Shown here: positions 14,413 through 22,461 of the stretch, piece by piece | Layout: every line of letters starts with the position of its first letter | Numbering within the stretch: the stretch's first letter is position 1 | From: Euzebya sp. | Lineage (GTDB): Bacteria; Bacteroidota; Bacteroidia; Flavobacteriales; Flavobacteriaceae | NCBI GenBank assembly: GCA_964217345.1 | Contig: CAXPJI010000008.1 | Location: 1 to 24,000, forward strand | DNA length: 24,000 nucleotides | Direction: 5' to 3' | Translations under genes and position numbers: made by a program | Notes under the pieces: generated by a model | Told to the model about the DNA's origin: nothing | The model's input: only the letters and a program-made list of their open reading frames with translations | The model's database searches: none

Positions 14413-15833
14413 GCGGAATAGTTCTCACTTGGCAAATCGCCCTAGGCTTATGCGTTTTGATGCTCAGTATCTATTCCTTTTACCAAGGGTACTTAGCTAT
14501 CCTATCCTATAGAACCCAATCAAAAGAGGAGGATACAAAATTAGGAGTATTCCCAACGGTAGTTCTTCAATTACCCCTTTTTAATGAAGGCAATACGATT
14601 GATGCAACTTTTAAGTCGATCCTTGAATTAACTTATCCTAAAGAACAGTTACAAATTCAAGTTCTTGACGATTCAACTGATGAAGGATCACGTGCATTAG
14701 CCCAACTATGGGTAGAACGATTGCATACTTATGGCTTCAAGGCAGAATACTTGTGGCGAGCTAATCGAATTGAATTTAAAGCTGGTGCGCTTCGAGAAGG
14801 TTTGGAAAAAACAGACTCCGAATTCGTAGCCATTTTAGATGCTGATTTTAGGGGCACACCGGGTTGGTTAGAAAAGGGACTTACGCCATTTAATGACCCT
14901 AAGGTAGGTATCGTCCAATTCAGATGGGGCTACTTCAACTTAGATGAAAGTTGGTTTACTCAAATGCAGGCATTACCCTTAGAGGTTCACTTTAGAAACG
15001 AACATCATGCACGTTATAACCATCGGTATTTAAGTAATTTTAATGGGACGGCTGGGATTCTTAGAAGATCAGCTATAGAAAATTCTGGTGGATGGAGTGG
15101 TGACACTTTAACCGAGGACATTGATTTGTCGTATCGTATTCAGTTAAAAAAATACCGATTGGTATATTATAACGAAAATTCTTTAGATTCTGAGCTACCT
15201 CATACCGCGAACGCCTATAGAACACAACAAAGAAGATGGAATAAAGGTGGCGCTGAAACACTCAAGAAGTTGTTTGTATCTATTCTTAAATCAGATTTAA
15301 GTTTTTCGCAAAGACTCTTCGCATTATTTCACTTATCAGGATCTAGTTTTTATCTCGCATCTTTAGGTCTTTTCCTTTTAAGTTTGTTTGGCTTACCTCT
15401 TAAGATCTCAGGCCTTTTAAACGAAAACGCCCTCTTTTGGACCTTCATTCAGGTAGCCCTAAGCGTCAACACGCTGATTCTCTTTACCTGTTTTTACCAG
15501 GCATATTCCAAATCTACATTCGGCTTTAATAGCCTAAGATTTACCCGCTTATTCATCACCTATATTTTATACACCACCGGGCTGGGTTGGCATCATGGTA
15601 AAGCAGTGCTTGAAGGTCTTATCGGGATGAAATCACCTTTTGAAAGAACTCCAAAAAAAGGAAGCACAACTTCAAAAAAGCAACGGCCACCCTATATCGA
15701 ATTACTCATTTCCCTTCTGTTCTTTGCAGCAGTCCTAGTTGATCTAAGAATTGGATTTTGGCCTATTTTAGGAATCCATCTCGTCGGTGGAATAGGCTAT
15801 CTTTTAAGTTTTTCGCACGCATGCAAAGCCTAA
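14409..15833 (+). CDS. Membrane family-2 glycosyltransferase of the CslA / glucosyl-diacylglycerol-synthase / cellulose-synthase-like type
   Basis: The ATG at 14409 forms an ATGA overlap with the upstream stop. It has an N-terminal TM helix and the D,D,D,QxxRW signature (VLQLPLFNE, QVLDDSTDE, AILDADF, LTEDIDLSYR, QQRRWNKG). Several C-terminal TM helices follow. Confidence 0.75.
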   Translation: MSGIVLTWQIALGLCVLMLSIYSFYQGYLAILSYRTQSKEEDTKLGVFPTVVLQLPLFNEGNTIDATFKSILELTYPKEQLQIQVLDDSTDEGSRALAQLWVERLHTYGFKAEYLWRANRIEFKAGALREGLEKTDSEFVAILDADFRGTPGWLEKGLTPFNDPKVGIVQFRWGYFNLDESWFTQMQALPLEVHFRNEHHARYNHRYLSNFNGTAGILRRSAIENSGGWSGDTLTEDIDLSYRIQLKKYRLVYYNENSLDSELPHTANAYRTQQRRWNKGGAETLKKLFVSILKSDLSFSQRLFALFHLSGSSFYLASLGLFLLSLFGLPLKISGLLNENALFWTFIQVALSVNTLILFTCFYQAYSKSTFGFNSLRFTRLFITYILYTTGLGWHHGKAVLEGLIGMKSPFERTPKKGSTTSKKQRPPYIELLISLLFFAAVLVDLRIGFWPILGIHLVGGIGYLLSFSHACKA

Positions 15834-17101
15834 GACGAAATAGCATCTATGTTATTCTCCCACTAACCCTTTTAGGGTATTATCTCCTAGCCCAGGTAGA
15901 ACGATCAGAAATCTCAATGCTGATTGGCCTATTTAGCCTTCTTTTTACCAGCTATATCGGTTTACTGAAATTGAAAGCTACGCACCTAGGGTGGATCCTT
16001 ATTGGACTCTGTTTTCGATTGGCCTTTATCGGCTCCACACCACTTCTGTCACAGGACTATTTTCGATTCATTTGGGACGGAAGCCTATTATCCAATGGGA
16101 TCAACCCTTACCTCTATCTTCCCGATGAACTCATCGAAATGTTTAGTCAGTGGGAATATTTGCACTCTGGAATGGGCCCAATGAGTGCCGGACACTACAC
16201 GAACTATCCGATGATTAATCAGCTGCTATTTACACTCGGAGTTCTTTCAACAAAGCCGATACTGACCTACCGACTTTTAATCATACTAGCTGATCTCATC
16301 ACCTTTAAGTTATTGACTAAACTAAGCTCGCAGACCTGGGGTTTAACCTATTGGCTGTCGCCAATGGTTATTCTAGAAGGTGTAGGCAACCTACATTTCG
16401 AACCGGTGATGGTTGCCTTCCTAGTTTTAGGCCTTTATCTTTTTAAGCAAGGTGTACACCTTAGGTCTTCTATTGCATTAGCAGCATCCGTACTTTTAAA
16501 ACTGATACCACTTATGTTCGCGCCTTTGCTTTTGAAAGTAGTAAAGCAAAAGCAACTGAAAATTATGGTGTTTGGATTCATTGTAACCCTAGCCTTATTC
16601 AGCACTCCTTTTCTTGACCCATGGTTTTTTGCCACCTATAGTGAGAGTGTGGGTTTATGGTTTTCGAATTTTGAATTCAACGCGGGTATCTACCGAATCA
16701 TCAAAGAAGTTGGTACATTATTTGGAGTTCAAGATTGGCAAATGATTCGATTTTACGGGAAGGCGCATTCACTTGCCATTATCATTCTTGCTTTAAAATT
16801 TACCTGGGGATGTGATCGTTTTTCAAAGGTGCTTGACAAAAGCTACTTGCTTCTACTGATCTATCTTCTGACTGCGCCAACGATTCATCCATGGTATCTC
16901 ATAACCCTACTAGCGCTCGGGGCAATTAGTAAACACCCATCCGCTATTCTATGGTCGTTTACCATTATTATAAGCTATGTAGCTTATCAAATGAACCCTA
17001 TCGAATTACCATTATGGCTGGTGGCTCTTCAGTTCATTCCCGTGCTAATATCACTGACTAGCTTCTCTTTCCGATCATTTTTAGAAAAGAAACTTCTTTA
17101 G
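15821..17101 (+). CDS. Polytopic membrane protein, GT-C-like (DUF2029/PIG-M-like) putative lipid-linked-sugar glycosyltransferase
   Basis: The ATG at 15821 overlaps the upstream gene by 13 nt. It is 426 aa, almost entirely hydrophobic helices. The first-loop acidic/aromatic motif SQDYFRFIWDGSLLSNGINPY resembles the D-containing loop motif of GT-C mannosyltransferase-like proteins. This is the weakest assignment in the operon. Confidence 0.45.
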   Translation: MQSLRRNSIYVILPLTLLGYYLLAQVERSEISMLIGLFSLLFTSYIGLLKLKATHLGWILIGLCFRLAFIGSTPLLSQDYFRFIWDGSLLSNGINPYLYLPDELIEMFSQWEYLHSGMGPMSAGHYTNYPMINQLLFTLGVLSTKPILTYRLLIILADLITFKLLTKLSSQTWGLTYWLSPMVILEGVGNLHFEPVMVAFLVLGLYLFKQGVHLRSSIALAASVLLKLIPLMFAPLLLKVVKQKQLKIMVFGFIVTLALFSTPFLDPWFFATYSESVGLWFSNFEFNAGIYRIIKEVGTLFGVQDWQMIRFYGKAHSLAIIILALKFTWGCDRFSKVLDKSYLLLLIYLLTAPTIHPWYLITLLALGAISKHPSAILWSFTIIISYVAYQMNPIELPLWLVALQFIPVLISLTSFSFRSFLEKKLL

Positions 17102-17975
17102 TGTCAAGAGCTCTCCACTGCCCTCGAGGAAGGTCTTTTTTAGTGAGTCCCGCGAACATTACTCGATCGAGCTTTGCAACCTCATAACCCAAGTGTTCAA
17201 AAATTCTTCGAACGATACGGTTTCGTCCTGAGTGAATTTCAAGACCCACTTCACGCTTCGTTGCACCAGCGATATAGGAAACAGCATCAACACTTATCGG
17301 GCCATCTTCTAATTCAATTCCTTTCTCGATTTGTTGTAAATCGCTCACCTTTAGTGCACGATCTAATACCACATGGTAGATCTTTCTAACGGCATAGCGC
17401 GGATGAGTAAGCTTTGCAGCCAACTCCCCGTCGTTAGTAAAAAGCAACAGACCCGTCGTATTACGATCTAATCGACCTACAGGCAAAAGTCGACTCTTGC
17501 TAGCATTACTAATTAGATCCATGACGGTTTTACGACCTTTATCGTCTTCGGTAGTAGTAAGAAAATTCTTGGGTTTATTCAGGAGTATGTACTCCATCTT
17601 TTCTGAAGTCAATAGTCGGCCATCGAATTTAACTGAGTCACCAGGCATTACCTTGTACCCCATTTCGCTAACCACCTTACCATTTACCTCAACGCTACCA
17701 GCGGTAATGAAGGTATCCGCCTCACGTCTCGAACAGATTCCTGCGTGAGCAATGAAACGGTTCAGTCGCATGCTTCCATCATCAACCTTCTTCGGCTCAC
17801 TATTTGTCGGTTTTACAGGGCGCTTATTGAAAGGTCGTTGACCTCCCCTTTGCTGACCTCCTCTTTGTTGGCCTTCTCGTTTTGGTCCTTCAGTGGGTCG
17901 TTGTTTCCCTGATCTTTGACCTCCTGTGTTTTTCTTTGGTTTACGGTTGTTCAATGTGACTCGTTTAGAGCGCAA
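17058..17975 (-). CDS. rluB: 23S rRNA pseudouridine synthase, RsuA/RluB family, with Arg/Gly/Gln-rich N-terminal extension
   Basis: It has an S4 domain (MRLNRFIAHAGICSRREADTFITAGSVEVNGK) and the catalytic motif VGRLDRNTTGLLLFTNDGE. The only start giving the full ORF is the TTG at 17973-17975; the next Met is residue 69 at the S4 domain. Confidence 0.85.
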   Translation of the reverse strand: MRSKRVTLNNRKPKKNTGGQRSGKQRPTEGPKREGQQRGGQQRGGQRPFNKRPVKPTNSEPKKVDDGSMRLNRFIAHAGICSRREADTFITAGSVEVNGKVVSEMGYKVMPGDSVKFDGRLLTSEKMEYILLNKPKNFLTTTEDDKGRKTVMDLISNASKSRLLPVGRLDRNTTGLLLFTNDGELAAKLTHPRYAVRKIYHVVLDRALKVSDLQQIEKGIELEDGPISVDAVSYIAGATKREVGLEIHSGRNRIVRRIFEHLGYEVAKLDRVMFAGLTKKDLPRGQWRALDTKEVSFLKMIGKRS

Positions 17976-18870
17976 AAATAAACGCTTTTAATTGATGTAA
18001 TCGATTCAAATCGAACAATAAAATGCTCAGGGTGCCTAATAACACCCAAAATTTCAATAACAAGCGCATTTTTAGATAGCTTATACCCATAAAACTGAAA
18101 ATCAATTCGATAGCTACAAAAACTAGAACTGCCACTGAGGTGCTAAAGTAAAGTTGCATCTGGCCGAGGTCAGACCGTAGGCTTAAACCAAGGCCTAAGA
18201 AGGCAAGAGCAAAAAGCATCCCGGCTGTAATTTTTCTGGTTTTTGACTCGCCTAATTGAATGGGTAGCGAATGTAAACCGCTAGAGAGATCTCCCTTCAG
18301 ATTGTTCAAATCTTTTAATTGAACGAGTACCCAAAGAAGAAGAAATAAAAAGCTAGCGAAGAGTAAAATGCGAGGTTCAAAATGCCTGTAATAAAGGAAT
18401 AGAGCAATAATAGGGCTAACAGCAAGGAAAGCGCTGAGTACAGATCCCCAGATAAAGAGGGAACGAATTCTATGAGAATATAGCCAAATGGTCGTAATGT
18501 ATCCGACGAAAAAAAGCGCTGCAAGAAGAGAGACCTTAAGCGCCATTAAAAAGGCAATAAGATTAAGAAGCAAATACCCTCGCATGAGGGAGGATAATGA
18601 CCACTGACCGTCAATGACTGTTTTCACCGGGCGATTAATAAGGTCTTTGGGATGATCGTAATATTGATTGATTAGATATCCGGCCGTAACCACAAAGAAG
18701 CTTGAACCAACGAGTAAATGAAGCTCTAGGTTTCGCAAGAGATCCGCTACTGGATAAGTCGATCCGAGAATAAAAATGGCGGATAAATATTGGGCTAAGA
18801 CAACCAAAAGTGCATTTTGGAGTCGAGTAACACTAAAAAACGTAAGTAGATTTCTTTTAACGCTAGGCAT
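17965..18870 (-). CDS. UbiA-family membrane prenyltransferase (DGGGP-synthase-like)
   Basis: 301 aa and highly hydrophobic. The first motif is NQYYDHPKDLINRP (N-x3-D-x3-D-x2-N-x-P). The second is LKDLNNLKGDLSSGLHSLPIQLG. It sits next to mevalonate pathway genes. Confidence 0.75.
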   Translation of the reverse strand: MPSVKRNLLTFFSVTRLQNALLVVLAQYLSAIFILGSTYPVADLLRNLELHLLVGSSFFVVTAGYLINQYYDHPKDLINRPVKTVIDGQWSLSSLMRGYLLLNLIAFLMALKVSLLAALFFVGYITTIWLYSHRIRSLFIWGSVLSAFLAVSPIIALFLYYRHFEPRILLFASFLFLLLWVLVQLKDLNNLKGDLSSGLHSLPIQLGESKTRKITAGMLFALAFLGLGLSLRSDLGQMQLYFSTSVAVLVFVAIELIFSFMGISYLKMRLLLKFWVLLGTLSILLFDLNRLHQLKAFIFAL

Positions 18871-18872
18871 AC

Positions 18873-19832
18873 CTAAAAGGTATAAACTACCTCTAATTGG
18901 TGACCATCTAACGCCTTTTTAGTAGCCTCTAAATCTTGAGTGAATCCCAAAAAATAGCCTCCACCGCCAGAGCCACAGAGTTTAAGGTAATAAGTATCGG
19001 TTTCTAACCCCTTCTGCCAAATATCGTGGAAGTTTGAAGGAATCATTGGTTTAAAGTGATCGAAGACCACTCCTGATAACTTTCGAAGATCGCTAAAAAG
19101 AGAGCGTATATTACCGCTTAGGAAATGATCAATACACGCATCAGTATATTGAACAAATTGCTCTCTCATGACCTCTTCGAACTGCTTGTTCTTTAGGTTC
19201 TCCATAAAGAGTTGAACCATAGGTGCCGTCTCTCCGGTTATACCGCTGTCTAATAGAAACACTGCTCCCTTACCCGCCTGGTTTTGCGAAGGTATTGGAG
19301 TAGATTCTACATGATCTTTGGCGTGTATTAAAATAGGTAGACTTAGATAACTATTGAGCGGATCAAGTCCCGATGAAGTCCCATGAAAATGAGATTCCAT
19401 AATCGCAAATTGTCCTTTGAGCGTAAGCAGTTTGTCTCGGGTTAATGAACCTAAGACCGAAACCTTCTCCCCAGCATATCGGTCATAAATCGCAGCAACA
19501 ATCGCTCCGCTACTCCCGACGCCATATCCCATAGGAATCGAACTATCGAAATACATGCCTTTCTCTAAATCGGCATCTAGACGCTCAAAATCAAACGAGA
19601 CATCAAGGCACTGCTCAGCCACCTGGCTCTTCAGGTAGGCAGCATAATTCTTTAGATGTGTATTTGATGAAGAAGGTATTTCAGAGGAGGTATTCTCGGG
19701 AAAACGCAAGGCTCCTTTGAACGCATTAAACGGTATAGCAAGGCCTTTAGAATCTTTAATGATCCCGTACTCTCCGAAAAGAAGAATCTTAGCGTAAAAT
19801 AATGGGCCTTTCATTTTGTTTAATTTTTTCAT
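18873..19832 (-). CDS. GHMP-family kinase, mevalonate-kinase-like (phosphomevalonate kinase not excluded)
   Basis: The ATG at 19830-19832 is preferred; the track start 19847 is a TTG. Motifs are AKILLFGEYGII, the GHMP motif PMGYGVGSSGAIVAAI, and LKLCGSGGGGYFLGF. It is adjacent to the decarboxylase. Confidence 0.7.
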   Translation of the reverse strand: MKKLNKMKGPLFYAKILLFGEYGIIKDSKGLAIPFNAFKGALRFPENTSSEIPSSSNTHLKNYAAYLKSQVAEQCLDVSFDFERLDADLEKGMYFDSSIPMGYGVGSSGAIVAAIYDRYAGEKVSVLGSLTRDKLLTLKGQFAIMESHFHGTSSGLDPLNSYLSLPILIHAKDHVESTPIPSQNQAGKGAVFLLDSGITGETAPMVQLFMENLKNKQFEEVMREQFVQYTDACIDHFLSGNIRSLFSDLRKLSGVVFDHFKPMIPSNFHDIWQKGLETDTYYLKLCGSGGGGYFLGFTQDLEATKKALDGHQLEVVYTF

Positions 19833-19847
19833 CTCAAAGGTAAACAA

Positions 19848-20906
19848 TTATTTCGCTCCAAATCCACATTCATCCAACAAGTATTGTCCGTCTTCACAAA
19901 ACGCAGCAAGCTCATTATCAATCAAATCAATAACACGCTTCTTGTTTTCAGCGGGGTATAGTACATGTACATTTGCGCCCGCATCCAAGGTAAAACAAAC
20001 CGGTATATTGGTCTCTGCTCTAAACGTTCTGATACGTTGTATAATTGACAAAGTACCCGGTTGCATTAAAACATAACTAGGTGTAGAACTAAGCATCATC
20101 GCGTGAAGACTAAGCGCCTCCAGTTCTACAATCTCGATAAACTGATCGAGCTCACCGCCTCGCAAAACAGGTAAAAGCTTCGCTAGATTTTCATTTGCTT
20201 GAGCAAATCGCTGCTTAGCAAAAGGGTGATTGTTCATTAGATTATGACCCACCGTACTACTTACAGACTTTACTCCTTTATGCACCAGTAAGATGGCGTC
20301 TTGGTAGGTGTTAAAAATCGGATGAGCCTCTAAAAAAGGTGTTGCAAAAAGATTTGAGCTTTCAGTGATATCTTTATGAAAACCCCAACTCATAAGAGGT
20401 CCTTCAATACTTCGAGCCGCACTTCCCGAACCCAGACGAGCTAAAAAAGAAGCCTTCTTTAAATCCACTTCGCTACCAGAAAGCTTGGCCTCGAGACTGC
20501 AAATAGCCATTGCTAAAGCTGCCATTCCACTAGCTGAAGAAGCTATTCCGCTACTGTGCGGGAAACTATTTGAGGTTTCGATATTCAAGCTATAGCCTTT
20601 CAAATAAGGGCAATAAATCTCTATTCTATCGACAAAAGATTGAATTTTTGGAATAAAACTTGGCTTGGCCTCACCCTCAAATTTTAAGTTAATTTCAGGG
20701 GACTTAGAAGGTTCAAAAGATACCGTAGTGTCGGTAAAAGCCTTACTAAGGGTGAACGAAATCGATGGATTGGCAGGAATCTGAGGATCGTACTTTCCCC
20801 AATACTTTACTAAAGCAATATTGCTCGGCGCACGATGTATGGTGCGATAAGAAAACCCGTTCTCCTTGAGGTCTGATTTAAATTCTTCGAGCAATTGATC
20901 ATTCAT
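19848..20906 (-). CDS. mvaD: Diphosphomevalonate decarboxylase
   Basis: Motifs are APSNIALVKYWGK, GIASSASGMAALA and RLGSGSAARS. The ATG at 20904-20906 gives 352 aa and leaves a 68-nt divergent region to glpK. The track start 20984 would overlap the glpK start. Confidence 0.88.
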   Translation of the reverse strand: MNDQLLEEFKSDLKENGFSYRTIHRAPSNIALVKYWGKYDPQIPANPSISFTLSKAFTDTTVSFEPSKSPEINLKFEGEAKPSFIPKIQSFVDRIEIYCPYLKGYSLNIETSNSFPHSSGIASSASGMAALAMAICSLEAKLSGSEVDLKKASFLARLGSGSAARSIEGPLMSWGFHKDITESSNLFATPFLEAHPIFNTYQDAILLVHKGVKSVSSTVGHNLMNNHPFAKQRFAQANENLAKLLPVLRGGELDQFIEIVELEALSLHAMMLSSTPSYVLMQPGTLSIIQRIRTFRAETNIPVCFTLDAGANVHVLYPAENKKRVIDLIDNELAAFCEDGQYLLDECGFGAK

Positions 20907-20974
20907 AACTTCCCCAGTAAAGGGCAAAGATAACAGAATGTTATTGTATCTTTTTGGAGCTAAATGGGTTATTA

Positions 20975-22459
20975 ATGAAATCATATATACTGGCCCTCGA
21001 TCAGGGAACCACCAGCTCTAGAGCGTTAATTATTAATCACCAAGGTGAAGTTGTTGCCATGGCTCAGAAAGAATTCAAGCAATTCTTTCCACAAAATGGC
21101 TGGGTAGAGCACGATGCCAATGAAATTTGGGAAAGTCAACTCGAAGTTACTCGAGAAGCCCTTTCCAAAATCGAAGGCGAAGCATCGGTAGTAAGCGCTA
21201 TCGGAATTACCAATCAACGAGAGACCGCAGTCGTTTGGGATAGAAAAACCGGAAAGCCTATCTACAAAGCCATTGTCTGGCAAGATAAACGCACCACAGA
21301 AGTCTGTGAACAATTAAAGACTGAAGGAAAAGCTGCTTTCATTCAGTCTAAAACCGGCCTGGTGATCGATTCGTATTTCTCAGGAACCAAAATTGCCTGG
21401 ATACTCGACCACGTACCCGGAGCCCGAAAAAGAGCTGAGCAAGGTGAGCTTATGGCGGGTACTATTGACAGTTGGCTTTGTTATAAGTTGAGTAATCACA
21501 AGCTTCATATTACTGATCCTTCTAATGCATCACGCACCTTACTCTACAATATTAATACACTCGAATGGGACCCAGAGTTACTCGAACTTTTCAAAGTCCC
21601 AGGCAACCTTTTACCAGAGGTTAAGTCTTCGAGCGAAGTCTATGGACATACTCACAAAGCACTTTTCGGGGAAGAGATTCCTATAGCGGGTATTGCTGGA
21701 GACCAACAAGCCGCATTATTCGGACAACAATGCACCGAAATAGGCATGGTAAAAAACACCTATGGTACCGGTTGTTTCATGTTAATGAATGTAGGTGAGA
21801 AACCCGTCTTCTCAAAGGCTAATCTTCTTAGTACGGTAGCCTGGCAAATCGGCGATCAGGTCACCTACGCACTTGAAGGAAGTGTTTTTATGGCTGGCGC
21901 CATAGTTCAATGGCTTCGAGATAGTTTAGGTTTCATTGAAGCCTCTTCAGAGGTAGAGGCACTTGCAGCAAGCGTGCCAGATAGTTCGGGAGTTTACTTT
22001 GTACCTGCTTTTGTCGGGCTTGGAGCACCTTATTGGGATGCATACGCTAGAGGTCAAATCACCGGGCTGACTCGGGGAAACACAAAGGCTCATATCTCTA
22101 GAGCCGCATTAGATGCGATTGCCTATCAAACATTAGATATTTTAGAGGCCATGCAAAAAGATGCAGACACCTCGATTCAAGTACTTAAAGTAGATGGCGG
22201 TGCTTCAAATAATAATCTGCTCATGCAGTTTCAGGCAGACATTTTACAAAGCCAAGTGCTTCGACCAAAACAAGTAGAAACCACGGCCATGGGCGCTGCC
22301 TTTCTTGCGGGCCTCGCGGTAAAATTCTGGACCTCTACTCAAGAGATAAATAGTATCTCAGAAGAGGATCGAAGATTTATTCCAGAACCACTAAATTCAA
22401 AAATTACTAACGGAATTAAGGGTTGGCACGAGGCTGTGTCAACTTGCCTAACTAAATAA
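20975..22459 (+). CDS. glpK: Glycerol kinase
   Basis: ATG at 20975, giving [17 protein letters not shown]. Further motifs are [25 protein letters not shown] and [18 protein letters not shown]. Length is 494 aa. Confidence 0.95.
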   Translation: MKSYILALDQGTTSSRALIINHQGEVVAMAQKEFKQFFPQNGWVEHDANEIWESQLEVTREALSKIEGEASVVSAIGITNQRETAVVWDRKTGKPIYKAIVWQDKRTTEVCEQLKTEGKAAFIQSKTGLVIDSYFSGTKIAWILDHVPGARKRAEQGELMAGTIDSWLCYKLSNHKLHITDPSNASRTLLYNINTLEWDPELLELFKVPGNLLPEVKSSSEVYGHTHKALFGEEIPIAGIAGDQQAALFGQQCTEIGMVKNTYGTGCFMLMNVGEKPVFSKANLLSTVAWQIGDQVTYALEGSVFMAGAIVQWLRDSLGFIEASSEVEALAASVPDSSGVYFVPAFVGLGAPYWDAYARGQITGLTRGNTKAHISRAALDAIAYQTLDILEAMQKDADTSIQVLKVDGGASNNNLLMQFQADILQSQVLRPKQVETTAMGAAFLAGLAVKFWTSTQEINSISEEDRRFIPEPLNSKITNGIKGWHEAVSTCLTK

Positions 22460-22461
22460 CT

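Noticed and set aside
8562-17101. Selenocysteine recoding (in-frame TGA plus SECIS). I looked for it because the DUF2064 and small-GT2 families are associated with a radical-SAM selenoprotein.
   Set aside because: All eight ORFs are uninterrupted and tile the region without leftover space. The Cys-rich tail of the methyltransferase ends at TAA. There are no split ORFs joined by a TGA.
4604-20984. Longer N-terminal extensions given by the ORF track starts: 4642, 5178, 8534, 8511, 12248, 13666, 14382, 15758, 19847, 20954 and 20984.
   Set aside because: In each case an internal ATG gives a clean signal peptide or the canonical family N-terminus. It also creates a compact ATGA/TAATG junction or avoids divergent start overlap. 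Several track starts are TTG or other alternative codons, and the extra residues match no family. At 8534 (also ATG) and 5178 the longer start remains possible.
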